A DNA stretch of 64,000 nucleotides, from assembly GCF_009914755.1 (NCBI RefSeq), contig NC_060932.1; one strand, written 5' to 3'. Source of the stretch: the human T2T-CHM13v2.0 reference genome, Homo sapiens. Made by a program: the position numbers and the translations under genes. Shown here piece by piece: positions 46,060-59,494 of the stretch. Each line of letters opens with the position of its first letter. Positions within the stretch are counted from its first letter, which is position 1. The notes beneath the pieces were generated by a model, which made no database searches, was not told the origin of the DNA, and saw nothing but the letters and a program-made list of their open reading frames with translations.

Positions 46060-46520
46060 AGGACTCTTATAGGAGCAACAGACAGAAATCTCAACCTCAT
46101 ATGGCTTGAGCCAAAAGGGCTTTTATTGGATCATACGTCTACAAAGGTCAGTGACAGGGCTGGCTTCAGAAGGGGAGATGGGCTGAAAACACTCAGCTCC
46201 TCACCCTCAAACTCTTGGCTGGGCCCTCATTGCTGGCTCTCAGCAGGCTCTGCTCATGATGGCTCCAGTTGACCCTGTCCCATCTCCTGCCACATCCATG
46301 GCCATGAAGAAAAGCGCCAGCTGCCCTTCTTGGAGCCCAAGCCAAGTATCATTGCATCTCACTTGGTCACACGCTTACCCCTAAACCATTCAGTGTGGTC
46401 ATGAAATGACATGATTTGGGTAGCTGGATTGGCAGTACGCCACAAACCAAAAAAACATACAAACTGAGCATAGAGCAGGCATGGCTCCTCAGAGGGAGCC
46501 TGGGAGAGTGGATGATGGGT
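46060..46520 (-). mobile_element. Old MLT1-type MaLR LTR
   Basis: gcaacagacagaaatc...ttttattgg...gctggcttcag, typical of the antisense 3' end of MLT1. Confidence 0.55.
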
Positions 46521-46754
46521 GACCAAAGCCCAGCACATCCTGCCACACAGTCTAGTCCCCAGGATGGCACTCAAACAGTAGTCACTCTAGATACACCCTG
46601 ATCATGTCACTCTCCGTTCAGAGCTACAGTATCTCCCCACTGCTGCTAACCGGGCCTTCCACAACCTAGCCCCACCTTACCGGCTAAACAGGTTCCTCCT
46701 TTCATTCCCAAAGCAGTCACCAGTCTCATATGATAGATATCACTGATCATTCTT

Positions 46755-46850
46755 CCCAGGTATTCTGATGTACCAGCATCTATGCATGTGAAGATATCCC
46801 AGGTATTCCGATATCCCAGATAACCCAGGTATTCTGATGTACCAGCATCT
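46755..46850. repeat. Complex local micro-duplication
   Basis: CCCAGGTATTCTGATGTACCAGCATCT at 46755-46781 and 46824-46850, with partial copies in between. Confidence 0.9.
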
Positions 46851-49709
46851 GTTTCTTCCTCTACCAATATCTATTTAGCCTGGAGAGCCCATATCATCAT
46901 ACTTCAAACTCTGGACAGAGCCAGTTTCAGCCAGGTTACGTGAAGTACGGAGGTACAGATTTGAAGACTAAGACCCAGTTTCAAATAGACTCACAATCCA
47001 AGAAGTTTAGACAGACCCAGGGGAGCTACTGGTAGAAAAATTCACCCCAGTAATCTTGATACAACTTTGTAAAGTAAGGGGGAAAGGATAAATGAATATA
47101 TCTAGACTGTTTTGTTATGTTGGTTGCAGAGAAAGACATTAAAAATGAATAAAGATCTTGTAATTCTAAGCATGTCAGAAGGATTGTTAGTATATCGGTG
47201 TCCCAAGTGAAGAATGTATCTATTTCCCAATTTGACAGAAAATTTAAGTCCTTCCTCCACATGGGAGGTACTTGGGGTACTTGATACACACATTTCTACA
47301 GATTTTGGAGCCACCTAAAATCTCTAATTCCTATACGTAAAATTATACTGATCAGAGAAAAATATGCTTTGAGAAATTTCCATTTAAAAGGAGAAAAATA
47401 AATCACCCAAACTTCCTATTCAGATAAGGATTATTGTATCTAGTTTAGGTCAAGGTAAAAAAAATTCTTGATGATTTTGGATAAGGCTGAGTGTTTATAA
47501 ATGGGCAGGTTGTTGAGTTCCATCTACCTATACATTTGTTAAAACAGCAGATTTGACTGACGTTTAAGGAAATTTTAAAAATTCTCCTAAGGGAATATAC
47601 AAGCTAAAATAGTGACACAGCCAAGCTACGTAAGAAGTAAGAGTGATAGAAATTCTTAGAAAAGGCAGAACAAGAAAAAAGTGCCCATTTTTGCTCAGGA
47701 GAAATTACAAACATTATGCCAGCAGCCAACGCTCATAAATAAAAATTCAGGCACTTGAGAATTTTGCAAAGGGCCCATATAATTTATTTTGGTAGGATGA
47801 CCCTGGATATGTAGGCTTAAAAGAACATGCACTGTTGAACAAGAGCAAAGTCCCAGGATTTATTTCAACACCACCTTAAAATAACCCCAACCAAAAATAC
47901 CATTTTCAACAAGCATAAAGAAGAGGAAAAGAAGAAAAAAGAGGTTAAAAGAAAAATAAATTCAGGACAGATGCTGGTTCTTTGTAACTCAGTGAATACA
48001 TGATGCTTTGTATCCCAAAGAGTAAATGTATGGAATGACCTACTAAAGATAGTTGGGTTCAAAACAATAAAGTCATTTTAAAAACATATACTAGTATAGG
48101 GAGAACAAGACCTTGCTTTGAAGCAATACAGGAAGTCAGAGGCTCATTTGATTATGATTTTCCTTTAACGATATTTCTAAAATTCTAAAATGATTCTGAA
48201 TTTGACCTATTTTTGACAAAGGCACTAACAGCAAAGGACGAAACCATCTACTTATATAGCTCTTTGGGAACTATGGGGAAATATTTTTCCAAGGGCAAGT
48301 TGTGCCAAATAGAACTTACTAACCAAAGGGAGGAGAAAGCCCAGGCACAGAGACCCAAGTCTCATGCTCTCCCTCCCACCAACCCCTGGCAAGTACCAGT
48401 GCCAGAGGACAAAGGGGTACACTCTGTCCACCCAGGCCAAGGCCAGGTTCCAGCTCATTTACACATTCCCATGCCTCACTCCTCGGCTTCGAAGCCCCCA
48501 AGGACACACTGCATAATTGGCACCATATTTTTCTCTTTCTCCTCTTACAGTCCGGCCCTAAAGTGTCCATCATTCCCACTCTGGGAAATGAGTATAAAGC
48601 AGAATGCCTTGCAGACCCAATGATGTGGAGGCCTCTTCTGAGGCCCAATAAGCAAAGCTGCATAATTGCCTGTCACAGTGCACTCTGAGGTCACCAAGAA
48701 CAGTAAGAAAAGGACACTGCCACTCACCAAGTGCAACATACTCACCTCCAGCCTGACACCCAAGATCCACCTCCTTAATAACACCTTTCCTCAACTACCC
48801 CAGTCCACTGGGATCATTCACTGTCCTCTGAATTGCTGTGACCTCTCTGATCACTACTTGGTTTCTACTTATCCTACACTACTTCATTACACGCTATCTT
48901 TACTGTACACTCTAACCATTACCAAAATCATATTCTCATGGGAACCCAAGTTATTTTATTCCTAATATTCCCTGCAGCACAATGAACAATGCTAGGCAAA
49001 CACTCACACTAGAACTGTGGGAAGAAAGGAAAAGAGACACACGGTCCTTGGCTTACTGGCTTCCTGAAACAACAATGATCACACTTCAGAACATCACAGC
49101 AACCCTCGGTGGCAGGATCCTTGAAGATTGGCACTAATGTTTTTGCCTATCTTTGTAGCCTGATGCCAAGCACAGATGCTAAGTATTTGTTCAATGAATG
49201 AAAATTAACAGTACTATGGTAAAAATAAATTATGTGATGGCTTATAGGTAGAATTAAGTATGATTAACCCAGAATGCTTTATTATTGAATTTGACTTTTC
49301 AGACAGGAAGTTAGGAAAGATTCAGCTGTGGAAGATGTTGCACATACAGGAAACAGAGCAGAGACGGGGAAAAAATAAAACAAAACTTCATCTGCAAATG
49401 TGAAAAGTAGGGCCATATAACTAAAATGGAGAATACTGGAGGAGAAAAAAAAACATGTTTGTTGAAAGATATTGAAAGATACTGAAGCTTCGACACCAAG
49501 TCACATTAAACCGTTTCCTTTATCCATTCATACAACAAATATTTATTGTGCACCTTTACTCTGTACCAGACATAGAGTGTTCTGAGTGCTGGGGGCACAT
49601 GAATTGGGAAGATAAAGTCACTGCTCACATGGAGTTTGTACCTTCTGCTTGAAGGTGGGAAAGCATGGAAACAGGGAATATGTTAAAAAAAAAAAAAAGA
49701 AATCCCTCA

Positions 49710-50112
49710 TGTATTAGCCTGTTCTTATACTGCTATAAAGAAATAACTGACACTGGGTAATTTATAAAGAGAAGAGGTTTAATCGGCTCGTGGTTCTGCA
49801 GGCTGTACAGGAAGCAGAGCGGCTTTTGCTTCTGGGGAGGCCTCAGGAAGCTTCCAATCATGGTGTAAGGCAAAGGGGGAGTGAAGCTTCTCACATGGTG
49901 GGAGCAGGAACAAGAAAGAGTGAGGGAGGAGGTGCCACACTCTTTTAGACAACCAGATCTCAAAAGAACTCACTATCACAAGAGCAGCACCAAGGCGATG
50001 GTGCTAAACCATTCATATGAAATCCACCCCCATCATGCAACCATCTCCCACCAGGCCCAACCGCTAACATTGGGGATTACAATTTGGTATAAGATATGGT
50101 GGAACTGTATCA
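49710..50112 (-). mobile_element. MSTA/MSTB solo LTR
   Basis: tgtattagcctgttc...ggttctgcaggctgtacaggaagc...tatca. Confidence 0.9.
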
Positions 50113-50192
50113 CCACGTATGTGTGCCAGAAGATTCCTAGAGAGGAAATTAAAGCAGGATAAGCAGTTGAGTGAGGAGGGCCAGCAGGATAC

Positions 50193-50571
50193 TGTATTAG
50201 TCCCTTCTCATACTGCTATAAAGATAGTACCCAAGACTGGGTAATTTATAAAGGAAAGAGGTTTAATTGACTCACAGTTCTGCATGGCTGGGGAGGCCTC
50301 AGGAAACTTACAATCATGGCAGACGAGGAAGCAAACACATCGTTCTTCACAAGGGAGCAGGAGAGAGAAGTACAGAATGAAAGGGGAAGAGCCCCTTATG
50401 AAATCATCAGCTCTCATGAGAACTCACTACCGCTTACCAGAGTAGTAAGGGGAAACCACCCCTGTGATCCAGTCACCTCCCGTGAGGTCCCTCCCCCAAC
50501 ACGTGGGGATTACAATTCAGATTACAATCCAAGATGGGATTTGGGTGGGGGCACAGAGCCAGACCATATCA
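50193..50571 (-). mobile_element. THE1D-like solo LTR
   Basis: tgtattagtcc...ggcctcaggaaacttacaatcatggc...ccatatca. Confidence 0.9.
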
Positions 50572-52634
50572 GGTGCCCAGGGAAGTCTTCTCTAATAACA
50601 TAATTAGATATTTCAGTAGAGAACCAGAATGAGTGAGAAAGCCAGCCATGGGGGTATCTGGGGAGAGCATTCCAGGCAGAGGGAACAACAAATGACAAGA
50701 CCCTGGGCAGGAACAGGTAGATGTGGTCAAGGGTCTACGAGGACGTGAGGACTTCTGGATCAGCATCTGTGAGGGGAAACAAGTAGGAGATGAGGTGCCC
50801 AGTAGATGGACAAACCTTGTAGGGCCTGCCGGGACAACGTTATGACTTTGACTTTCACTCTGAGTAGGGTAGGAAGCAACTGGAAGGTTTACAGGGGGAG
50901 GGTGGCAGGATCTGGGAAAAAATCTTTTAAAAATGGGAGATTTTCCAAAATCTTAGCTTACAGTGATGACATATATATTGTTTTAAAGAACTGCAATATT
51001 ATTTTTTTACTAAAGAATTTTTACAAATTCTTTACTACACTGTAAGTTCCATGAAACTAGGGCCACTGTCTGTCTTATTTACCACTGGATCTCCAGGGCC
51101 TAAAACTGGCATAGAGAAAGCACTCAAGGAATACTTCCAGAATGTACAAGTGAAAGGATATATGCATCAATAGGGTCTTTAAATGTATCCGTTTAGCTTA
51201 AAAGGCAGAATCCCTTCCTTAAACTACCACTACTCAAACTGGGTGAACAGTTCACCGCAACTTGCACAGATCAACTGTACCTTGTTCTAAGTAATGTGTG
51301 CTTTGCTACAGGCCCTAAGGAGTAAAATTTACTTTCACAGCTTGGCAATAAATTTATTTCTCCGGGAATCTATGATAAGCAGTGTTTTAATAAATGAAAA
51401 AGAGGAGAAAAGTAAACATACAATTTTTATAAAGTTGTCATAGCCTGCCACAAAACATTAAGTGGGGGTTATTTTTAAACCATTTTAAATGGTTGTGGGA
51501 GGAAGGGTTGGGTTTATGTCCTGGGAAGTACTTTTACTCCCAGAGGCTTCAACTAGCTGTCCACCAGGGGAAAGGGCACTAGGAAAAATAGTTTAGACTT
51601 TTCCTGGCCTAAGAAATATGGTACAAAATGAGCTTCTTGGACTCCCTCTGAGTGCAGTATGAGAATATAAAACTGAACCATCACACGGACAAAGTCACGG
51701 AATCTTGGGTGTCTGGTCAAGAGGTTTAATTTCAAGCATACTTCACAGCTTGTCCTGTTCAGAATGGGAAAAAAAGCAATAAAAATAAGCTTTAAATAAG
51801 GATGAGAAAATATATGTACATCTGTGAAAACAAGCATTCCAAATGCTGTTTTTCCTCCAGATGTAAGACAGAAGTGATAACCAAACCTAATCAGTTAATA
51901 ATGTGAGTTCAATAGGGAAATGTCAAAATTTACTAATAAATAAATAAATAATGGCTCAAGTAGACTTACATAGGAGGTTACAGTTTCATGTCTTTATCAT
52001 TCCTCACAAGCATATAAATGTTTCAAGGTGTACAGTGCCTTAAAATTGCATCCCTTTTTAAAGCTTTCATGGCAGCACAAATGTAACCCTCTTACTTTCC
52101 TCCACTAAAAAGCCAAAGTGTGTTTCCCACTTTCTTCTCCATACTTTCATTCCAAAAAGACTCTCTTTCAGGAATCTAGGGCGATGTCACTGAGGCTTTG
52201 CCTCATAGGCCACTGCAGAGGCTTCCTGAGCGAAACTTGACACCTTTCCTAAAATCCATGTGTTTGACGAGATCAATGTTTTTATTAAAGAACAATATGC
52301 TCCAAAGTCTGGGTGTGAACTAGAGTTGGGTTACAGGGAGGCATTCTTTGCAGAGTTCCTCCAGAGGAAAAAATATTGAAACTCATTGTGCAGCAGGGAG
52401 GTGAATGAGTAGGTCAAATGAAATGTTTGGATTTAGAAAATTCTTTTTATTCTCAAATTTCATGGAAGTTCTTTCAGCATACAAACTTGTGGCCACATCC
52501 TTTTGCAATGAGGATGATTATAAAAATAACTTGAAAACAGCTAAAATGTACTATGTGCCATGTTATTTAGTGCTTTAAGTGTATTCTGTTTAGTCTCTAA
52601 CAAGCTATACGTGAGAAAACCAAAGCTTTCAAGA

Positions 52635-54325
52635 TCATATACCTAGCTATAATAATCAAGATTGTGTGGTATTGGCTAAGGATAGACAAAGATATTAAAG
52701 GAATAGAACTGAGAGTCCAGAAATAAATCCAAGCATCTATAAAGAATCAATTTTCAACAAGGGTATGAAGACAATTAAATGGAGTAGGAAAATTACTTTC
52801 AATAAATGCTGCTGCGACAACTGGACTTCCACATGCAAAACAATGCATTTGGACCTCTATCTCACACCATATACAAAAATTAACTCAACATAGATCAAAG
52901 ACCTAAACAGTGTAAATCTCTGTGACCTTGGATTAGGTAATTTCTTAGATATGGCACCTAAAGTATGAGCAACCAAAGGAAAATAGATAAATTGTACTTC
53001 ATTAGTATTAAAAACCTGTATTTCAAAGATAACAATGAGAAAGACACCTTACAGAATGAAAGAAAATATTTGCAAGTCACATATCGAATTATTTAGTACC
53101 CCAAATCCATAAAGAACATTTACAGCTCAACATTAAAAAGACAGATAACCCAATTTAAAAAACAAACAGGAGCTAGAAGCTGTCATCCTCAGCAAACAAA
53201 TGCAGGAACAGAAAACCAAACATTGCATGTTTTCACTTGTAAGTGGAAGCTGAACCATGAGAACACGTGGACACATCATGGGGAACAACACACACTGGGG
53301 CCTGTCAGAGGGGTTGCGAGGGGAGGGAGAACATCAGAAATAAAAGCTAATGGATGCTGGACTTCATACCTAGATGACGAGATGATCTGTACAACAAACC
53401 ACTCTGACACGTTTATTAATGTAACAAACCTGCACATTTTGCACATGTAACCTGGGACTTAACACAAACGTTGAAGATAATAAAATAAAAAATGAACAAA
53501 GAATCTTAACAGATATTTCTCCAAAGAAGACATATGAATAGCTAATAAGCACATAAAAAGATGCTCAACATAATTAGCTACCAGGTGCATACAACTCAAA
53601 CTACCACAAGATACCGCTTCACACCCATTAGGATAGCTATAATCAAGAGATAACAACAAGTGTTGGTGAGGATATGGAGATACTGGAACCCTCATACATC
53701 ACTGTTAGGTATATAAAATGCTGCAGCCTCTTTGGAAAACTGTTAGCCTCTCAACAGATTAAGCATGCATTAACATATGATGTAACAATTTCACTCCTGA
53801 GTATATACCCAAGAGAACTGATAACATATTTTCACACACAAAGAAATTTATACATAAATGTTCATAGCAGCACTATTCCCAATAAAAAGTAGAAACAACT
53901 CAAATATCCATCAACTGATGAATGCATAAACAAATGTGGGGTATATCCATGCAATGGAATATTATTCAGCAATAAAAAGTAATGAAGTACTGATATATGC
54001 TACAACACGGATGAACCTTGAAAATCTTAAGTTACGCTTAACTGAAAGAAGCCAGTCACAACGGACCATAAATTGTATGATTCCATTTATATAAAATGTC
54101 CTGGATAGGCAAATCTCTAGAGATTGTCCAGGGTGTAGGGAGAGAGAAAGGAGGGATGACTGCTAGTAAATACCAGGTTTCTTTTTGGGGTGGTGAAAAT
54201 GTTCAGAAATTACATAGAGAGTAGTGATGGTTACATAATGTTGTGAATACATCAAAAACTACTTAAATGTATACTTTTAAATGATGAATTTTATAATATG
54301 TAAATATGTTAGTTTTTTAATTATG
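52635..54325 (+). mobile_element. L1MB-like 3' portion hosting an L1PA fragment
   Basis: ORF2 remnant and L1MB 3'UTR, interrupted at about 53168-53490. Confidence 0.85.
53168..53490 (+). mobile_element. L1PA13-16-like 3' end nested in L1MB
   Basis: ggggaacaacacacactggggcctgtc...gtaacaaacctgcacatt; host L1 is collinear on both sides. Confidence 0.85.
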
Positions 54326-54514
54326 CCAAAATCAAAAATATATATACGTGGCAGAGTAAGAATTTTAACTGAGTGTCTGACATCAGACCCACAATGCCAC
54401 CCACTGTCATGCTAATAGTTGATATACATTTGCCAAATTAAAGTATTAGTTCATTCGACAAATTCATTCAGTCAGTAAGTATTTACTGAGCAGTGGTTAT
54501 GTGCCAGGAAATGT

Positions 54515-55395
54515 ATTTTTTTTAAATGTCACAAAATACACATAAAAGATATACTTTAAAGCATTTTAAGCGTATAATTCAGTGGCGTTAAGTACATTCA
54601 CTGTTGTGTAACCATCACCACTATCAATTTCCAAAACTTTCTCAACCCCTGAAACAAAAACTCTCTAACTATTAAGCAAAAACCCTTATTTTCCCCTACC
54701 CTCAGTTCCTCATAACTTTTATTTTACTTTTCATTTCTAAGAATTCTATATACCTCATGTAAGTGGAATCATACATTATCTGTCCTTTTTTTGTCTGGCT
54801 TATTTCACTTGTCTTCAATGTCTTCAAGGTTCACCCATATTGTAGCATGTATCAGAACTTCATTCCTTTTCAAGGCTGAATAATATTCCATTGCATGTAC
54901 ATATCATATTCTGTTTATCTGTTCATTTGTTGATGGACTCTTGGATTGTTCCCACCATTTGGCTATTGTGAATAATGCAGCTATGAACATGGGCATACCA
55001 GTATCTGTTTGTGTCCCTGTTTTTAATTCTTTGGGGTATATACTCAGGAGTGGAAATGCTGAGTCATATGATAATTCTACATTTAACTTTTTGAGAAACT
55101 ACCAAAGGGTTTTCCACAGCAGCAGTACCAGTTTACATTATCACCAACAATGCACAAGGGTTCCAATTTCTCCACAACCTTTGCCAACACTTGTTGTTTT
55201 CTTTCTTTCTTTTTAAGTAATAGTCATCCTAATGGGTATAAAGTGGTATCTTATTGTGGTTCTGACCTGTATTTCCCTAATGGCTGGTGATGTTGGCTAT
55301 CTTTTGATGTACTTATTGGCCATTTGTATATCTTCTTTGGAGAAATGTCTATTCAAGTCCTTTGCCCACTGTTTAAACTGGGTTGGCTGTGGTGT
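54515..55395 (-). mobile_element. L1MB3/4-like 3' portion
   Basis: aattcagtggcgttaagtacattcac...aaccatcaccactatc (antisense L1MB 3' end). Confidence 0.85.
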
Positions 55396-55764
55396 TGCAC
55401 ATAAGTATCCAAGTATACAAGTATATTTGTTTGCTTTTTTAAACAGATGTAAACACCTAAGCATAGAAACCAGAAAAAGCAAAGCAGAATCTTTCACATT
55501 ACAAAGGAGCCATCCAGTATACTTTTAAATACAACATTCTTCTCATACTGGGAAATGTATTTAGAGTCTATGACCTCAATCTTAACAGATATGATAGGGG
55601 AAGGTGACAAAGAACAAAGATTAAACTACCAGAAATAAGTATATTTATGTACATGATACAGAATAAAATATTCAATGTTAAATAATATAATAATATCCAT
55701 CAGGAGATATGGCTGATCATACCAACATACGGTTTATAAAAAAAAAAAATTCCAGACAAACTAT

Positions 55765-58700
55765 GGGGATGGAAAGAGAGATGACCAAATAGAAGCCTCC
55801 ACAGATCATCCTGCCTGCAAGAACACCAAGTTTTAACAACTACACACAAAAAAGCACCATCATAAGAACCAAAAATCAGGTGAGCTATTAAAGTACCTGC
55901 TTTTAACTTTGTATTGCTGAAAGAGGCACTGACAAGGGTAACAAAGACAGTCTTGAATTGCCGAGGCAACCTGTCCCCCATCCCCTGGTAGTGACTAAGT
56001 TCACAGATTCTTTCTCCTACGTGGAAAAAGAATCTGTGCACTTGCGGGAAGGAGAGCATAGCTACTTGAGGACTTGGCATTCAACTCAGTGCTGCCCTAC
56101 CATAGCAAAGCAAAGATGTGTTGGGCTCAGGGAGTATGTGGACCAGCCTTAGCTAGAGGGAAATTGCCTATCCCAGTGGTCAGAACTTGAATTCTGGCAA
56201 GCCTCACTACTGCAGGCTAAAGTGCTCCCAGGTCCTCGGTAAATCTGAAAGGCAATCCGGGACACAGGACTGCAACTCCTAGTCAAGTCCTAATGCTGGG
56301 CTGGCTTTAGAGTCAGCGGACTGGGGTAGCGTGTGGCCTAGGGAGACACAAGCTGGGGTGGCTAAGGGAATGCTTGTGCCACCCCTCTCACAACCCCAGG
56401 CAGTGCCTCTGGAAGTGACTCCTTCCTTCTGCTTGAGGAGAGGAGAGCAAAGAGTAAAAAGGACTGTCTTGCACCTTCATTAACAACTCAGCTACAAAAG
56501 GATCAGATACCAGGCAGAGTTAGTTGTGAGGCCCCCATTCCAGGCCTTAGCTCCCAGATGACATTTCTAGACACACCTTGGGACAGAAGGAAACCTGCCG
56601 AATGGAAGAGAAGAACCCAGTCCTAGCGGCATTCATCATCTGCTGACAAAAGAGCTCGGGCCCTGAATAATGAGCAGTGATACCCAGGTAGTACACAGTG
56701 GGCCTTGGGTGAGACTGAGGCGTGCTGGCTTCAGGGGAGCCCAGCACATTTGCAGCTGTGGAGGCTATGGAGAGAGACTCCCTGTGCTTGAAAAAAACAG
56801 AGGGAAAAGTTAAGGGCACTTTGTCTTGCACCTCAGGTACTAGCTCAGCCATAGCGGGATAGAGTATCACGTGGTCCCTTGGGGTCCCTGATTCCAGGCC
56901 AAGGCTCTTGACATCATTTCTGGACCTGCCCTAGGCTAGAGGGGAGCTCAATGCCCTGAAGGGTGGGCTCCAAGCCTCGCAGAATTCACCACAAGCTGAC
57001 TGAAGAGCCCTTGGGCTTTAAGCGAACGTCGGTGGTGGCCTGCAGAAACCCCATGGACCAGTGGTAGTGGTGGCTACTGGAAGAGGCTCCTCTGCCTGCA
57101 GAAAGGAGAGGGAAGAGCAGGACAGACTTTGTCTTGTGTTTTGAGGGCCAGCTTTCCTGCAGTAGAATATAACATGAGGTACGTTTTTAAGGATGTTGAC
57201 TCCAATCCTTGGCTCCCAGACAACATCTCTGGACCTGCCCAGGGCCTGGGGGAACTCGCCACCCTGAAGGGAAGGACACATGCCTAACTGGCTTCTCCAC
57301 CTGCTAATGGTGGAGCCCTAGGGCCTTAAGTGAACTTTGGAAGTAGCCAGGTAGTGGTTACAGTGGATCCTGGGCAAGACCCAGTGCTGTGCTGGCTTCA
57401 AGTCTGACCCAGTGTAGTCCCAGTGGTGGTGGCCACAGGGGTACTTGTGTCACCCCACTCCCAGCTCCAGATAGTTCAGCAAAGAGAGAATACATTTGTT
57501 TGGGAGAAAATAAAGGAAGAGAAAAAGACTATCTCTCTGATAATCCAAATAATTCTTCAGGATCTTATATAAAACCATCAAGGCAGTACCTCCATGAGTC
57601 TGCAAAACATGGGGTTTCTGCAGGCCACCACCGACGTTCGCTTAAAGCCCGAGGGCTCTTGAATACCTGGAAGGTTCCAATAAATATGACAACAAACAAG
57701 CCCACACTGCAAAGACTACAATAAATACCTAACTCTTCAATGCCCAGGTACCAACAAACATGCACAAGCATCAAGACCATCCAGGAAAACATGACTTTAC
57801 CAAATGAACTAAGGCACCAGGAAACAATCCTGGAGAAACAGAGGTATGTGACCCTTCAGACAGACAATTCAAAATTGCAGTGTTGAGGAAACTCAAAGAA
57901 ATTCAAGTTAACACAGGGAAGGAACTCAAAATTCTACCAGATGATTTTAACAAATAGATTCAAATAATTAAAAAGCATCAAGCAGAAATTCTGGAGTTGA
58001 AAAATGCAATTGCTATATTGAAGAATGCATCAGAATCTCTTAATAGCAGAATTGACCAAGTAGAAGAAAAAAATTAGTGAGCTTGAAGACAAGCTATTTG
58101 AAAACACACAGTCAGAGGGGACAAAACACAAAGGAGTAAAAAACAATGAGGCATGCCTACAAGATCCAGAAAGCCTCAAACGGGCAAATCTAAGAGTTAC
58201 TGGCCTTAAAGAGGAGGTAGAGAAAGAAATGGGAATATAAAGTGTATTCAAAGCGATAACCACAAAGAACGTCCCAACCTAAAGAACTATGGTGTGTGAA
58301 CTACTCTTAAGTAGAAAGATTAAATAACCAATAAAAGATTAAATGAACCAATAAAAAATGGTAACTACAACTTTTCAAGGCATAGTACAATAAGACATCA
58401 AGAGATGCAACAAAAAAGTTAAAAAGAAGGGGATATGAAGTGAAAGTGTAGAGTTTTTATTAGTTTTCCTTTTGCACGTCTGTTTGCTCAAGCAATCAGA
58501 GCTAGGGCATCATCAATTTAAAATAATGGATGATAGTATTTGCAAGCCTCTGGTAACTTCCGAGGGTTGAGGATAGAAGGAACATACCTCAACATAATAA
58601 AAGACATATACAACAGACTCACAGCTAGTATCATACTGAATGGGGAAAAACTGAAAGCCTTTTGTCTACGATCTGGAACACAGGAAGCATGCTCATTGTC

Positions 58701-59468
58701 ACTACAATTATTCAACATAGTACTAGAAGTCCAAGCTAGATCAATCAGACAAGAGAAAAAAAAAATAAAGAGCATCCAAACTGGAAAGGAAAAAGTCAAA
58801 TTATCCTTGTTTGCAGATGATATGATCTTATATTTGGAAAAACCTAAAGACTCCACCAAAAAACGATTCAAAATGACAAAGAATTCTGTCAAGTTGCAAG
58901 ATACGAAATCAAAATACAAAAAACAGTAGCGTTCATGTATGCCAACAGTGAACAATGTGAAAAAGAAATCAAGAAAGCAATCCTATTTATAATAGCTACA
59001 AATAATATAAAATACCTAGGAAACAATTTAACTTAAGTAAAAGATCTATAAAAGGCAAACTATAAAACGCTGAGGAAAGAAATTAAAGAGGACACACAAA
59101 AATGGAAAGATATTCCCTGTTCAAGGATTGGAAGAATAAATATTGTTAAAATGCCCATACAACCCAAAGTAATCTACAAATTCAATACAATCCCTATCAA
59201 AATGCCAATGCCACTCTTGACAGAAATAGAAAAAATCCTGAAAGTTATATAGAACAACAAAAGACCTAGAATAGCCAAATGTATTCTGTGCAAAAAGAAC
59301 AAAACTGGAGGAATCACATTACCTGAAAGGAAATCAGTATGGCCAAGAGATATCCGCACTCCCATGCTTATGGCAGCATTATTCACTGTAGTCGAGATTT
59401 GGAAGCAAACTAAGTGGCCATCAACAGACAAATGTATAAAGAAAACATAGTACATATATACAATGGAG
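55765..59468 (+). mobile_element. L1MA2/3-like (L1M1/L1M2 5' end) element retaining 5'UTR, ORF1 and ORF2 remnants, with internal and 3' deletions
   Basis: About 1.9 kb 5'UTR, ORF1 remnant (about 57700-58270), RT remnant [18 protein letters not shown] in ORF 58540-58929. Multiple stops, so inactive. Confidence 0.88.
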
Positions 59469-59494
59469 CAAGACTCTGTCTCAAAAAAAAAAAA
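59466..59494 (+). mobile_element. Alu 3'-terminal remnant fused to the L1
   Basis: gagcaagactctgtctcaaaaaaaaaaaa. Confidence 0.75.

Larger units (their letters stand above)
49520..50915 (-). mobile_element. L2a, interrupted by two MaLR LTRs
   Basis: L2 3' end cattcatacaacaaatatttattg; continues at 50575-50915 (gagcattccaggcagagggaacaac). Confidence 0.75.

Noticed and set aside
58540-58929. 129-aa ORF with a reverse-transcriptase FADD motif (and 62766-63155 on the minus strand)
   Set aside because: Fragments of dead L1 ORF2 with stops and deletions; not an independent RT system.
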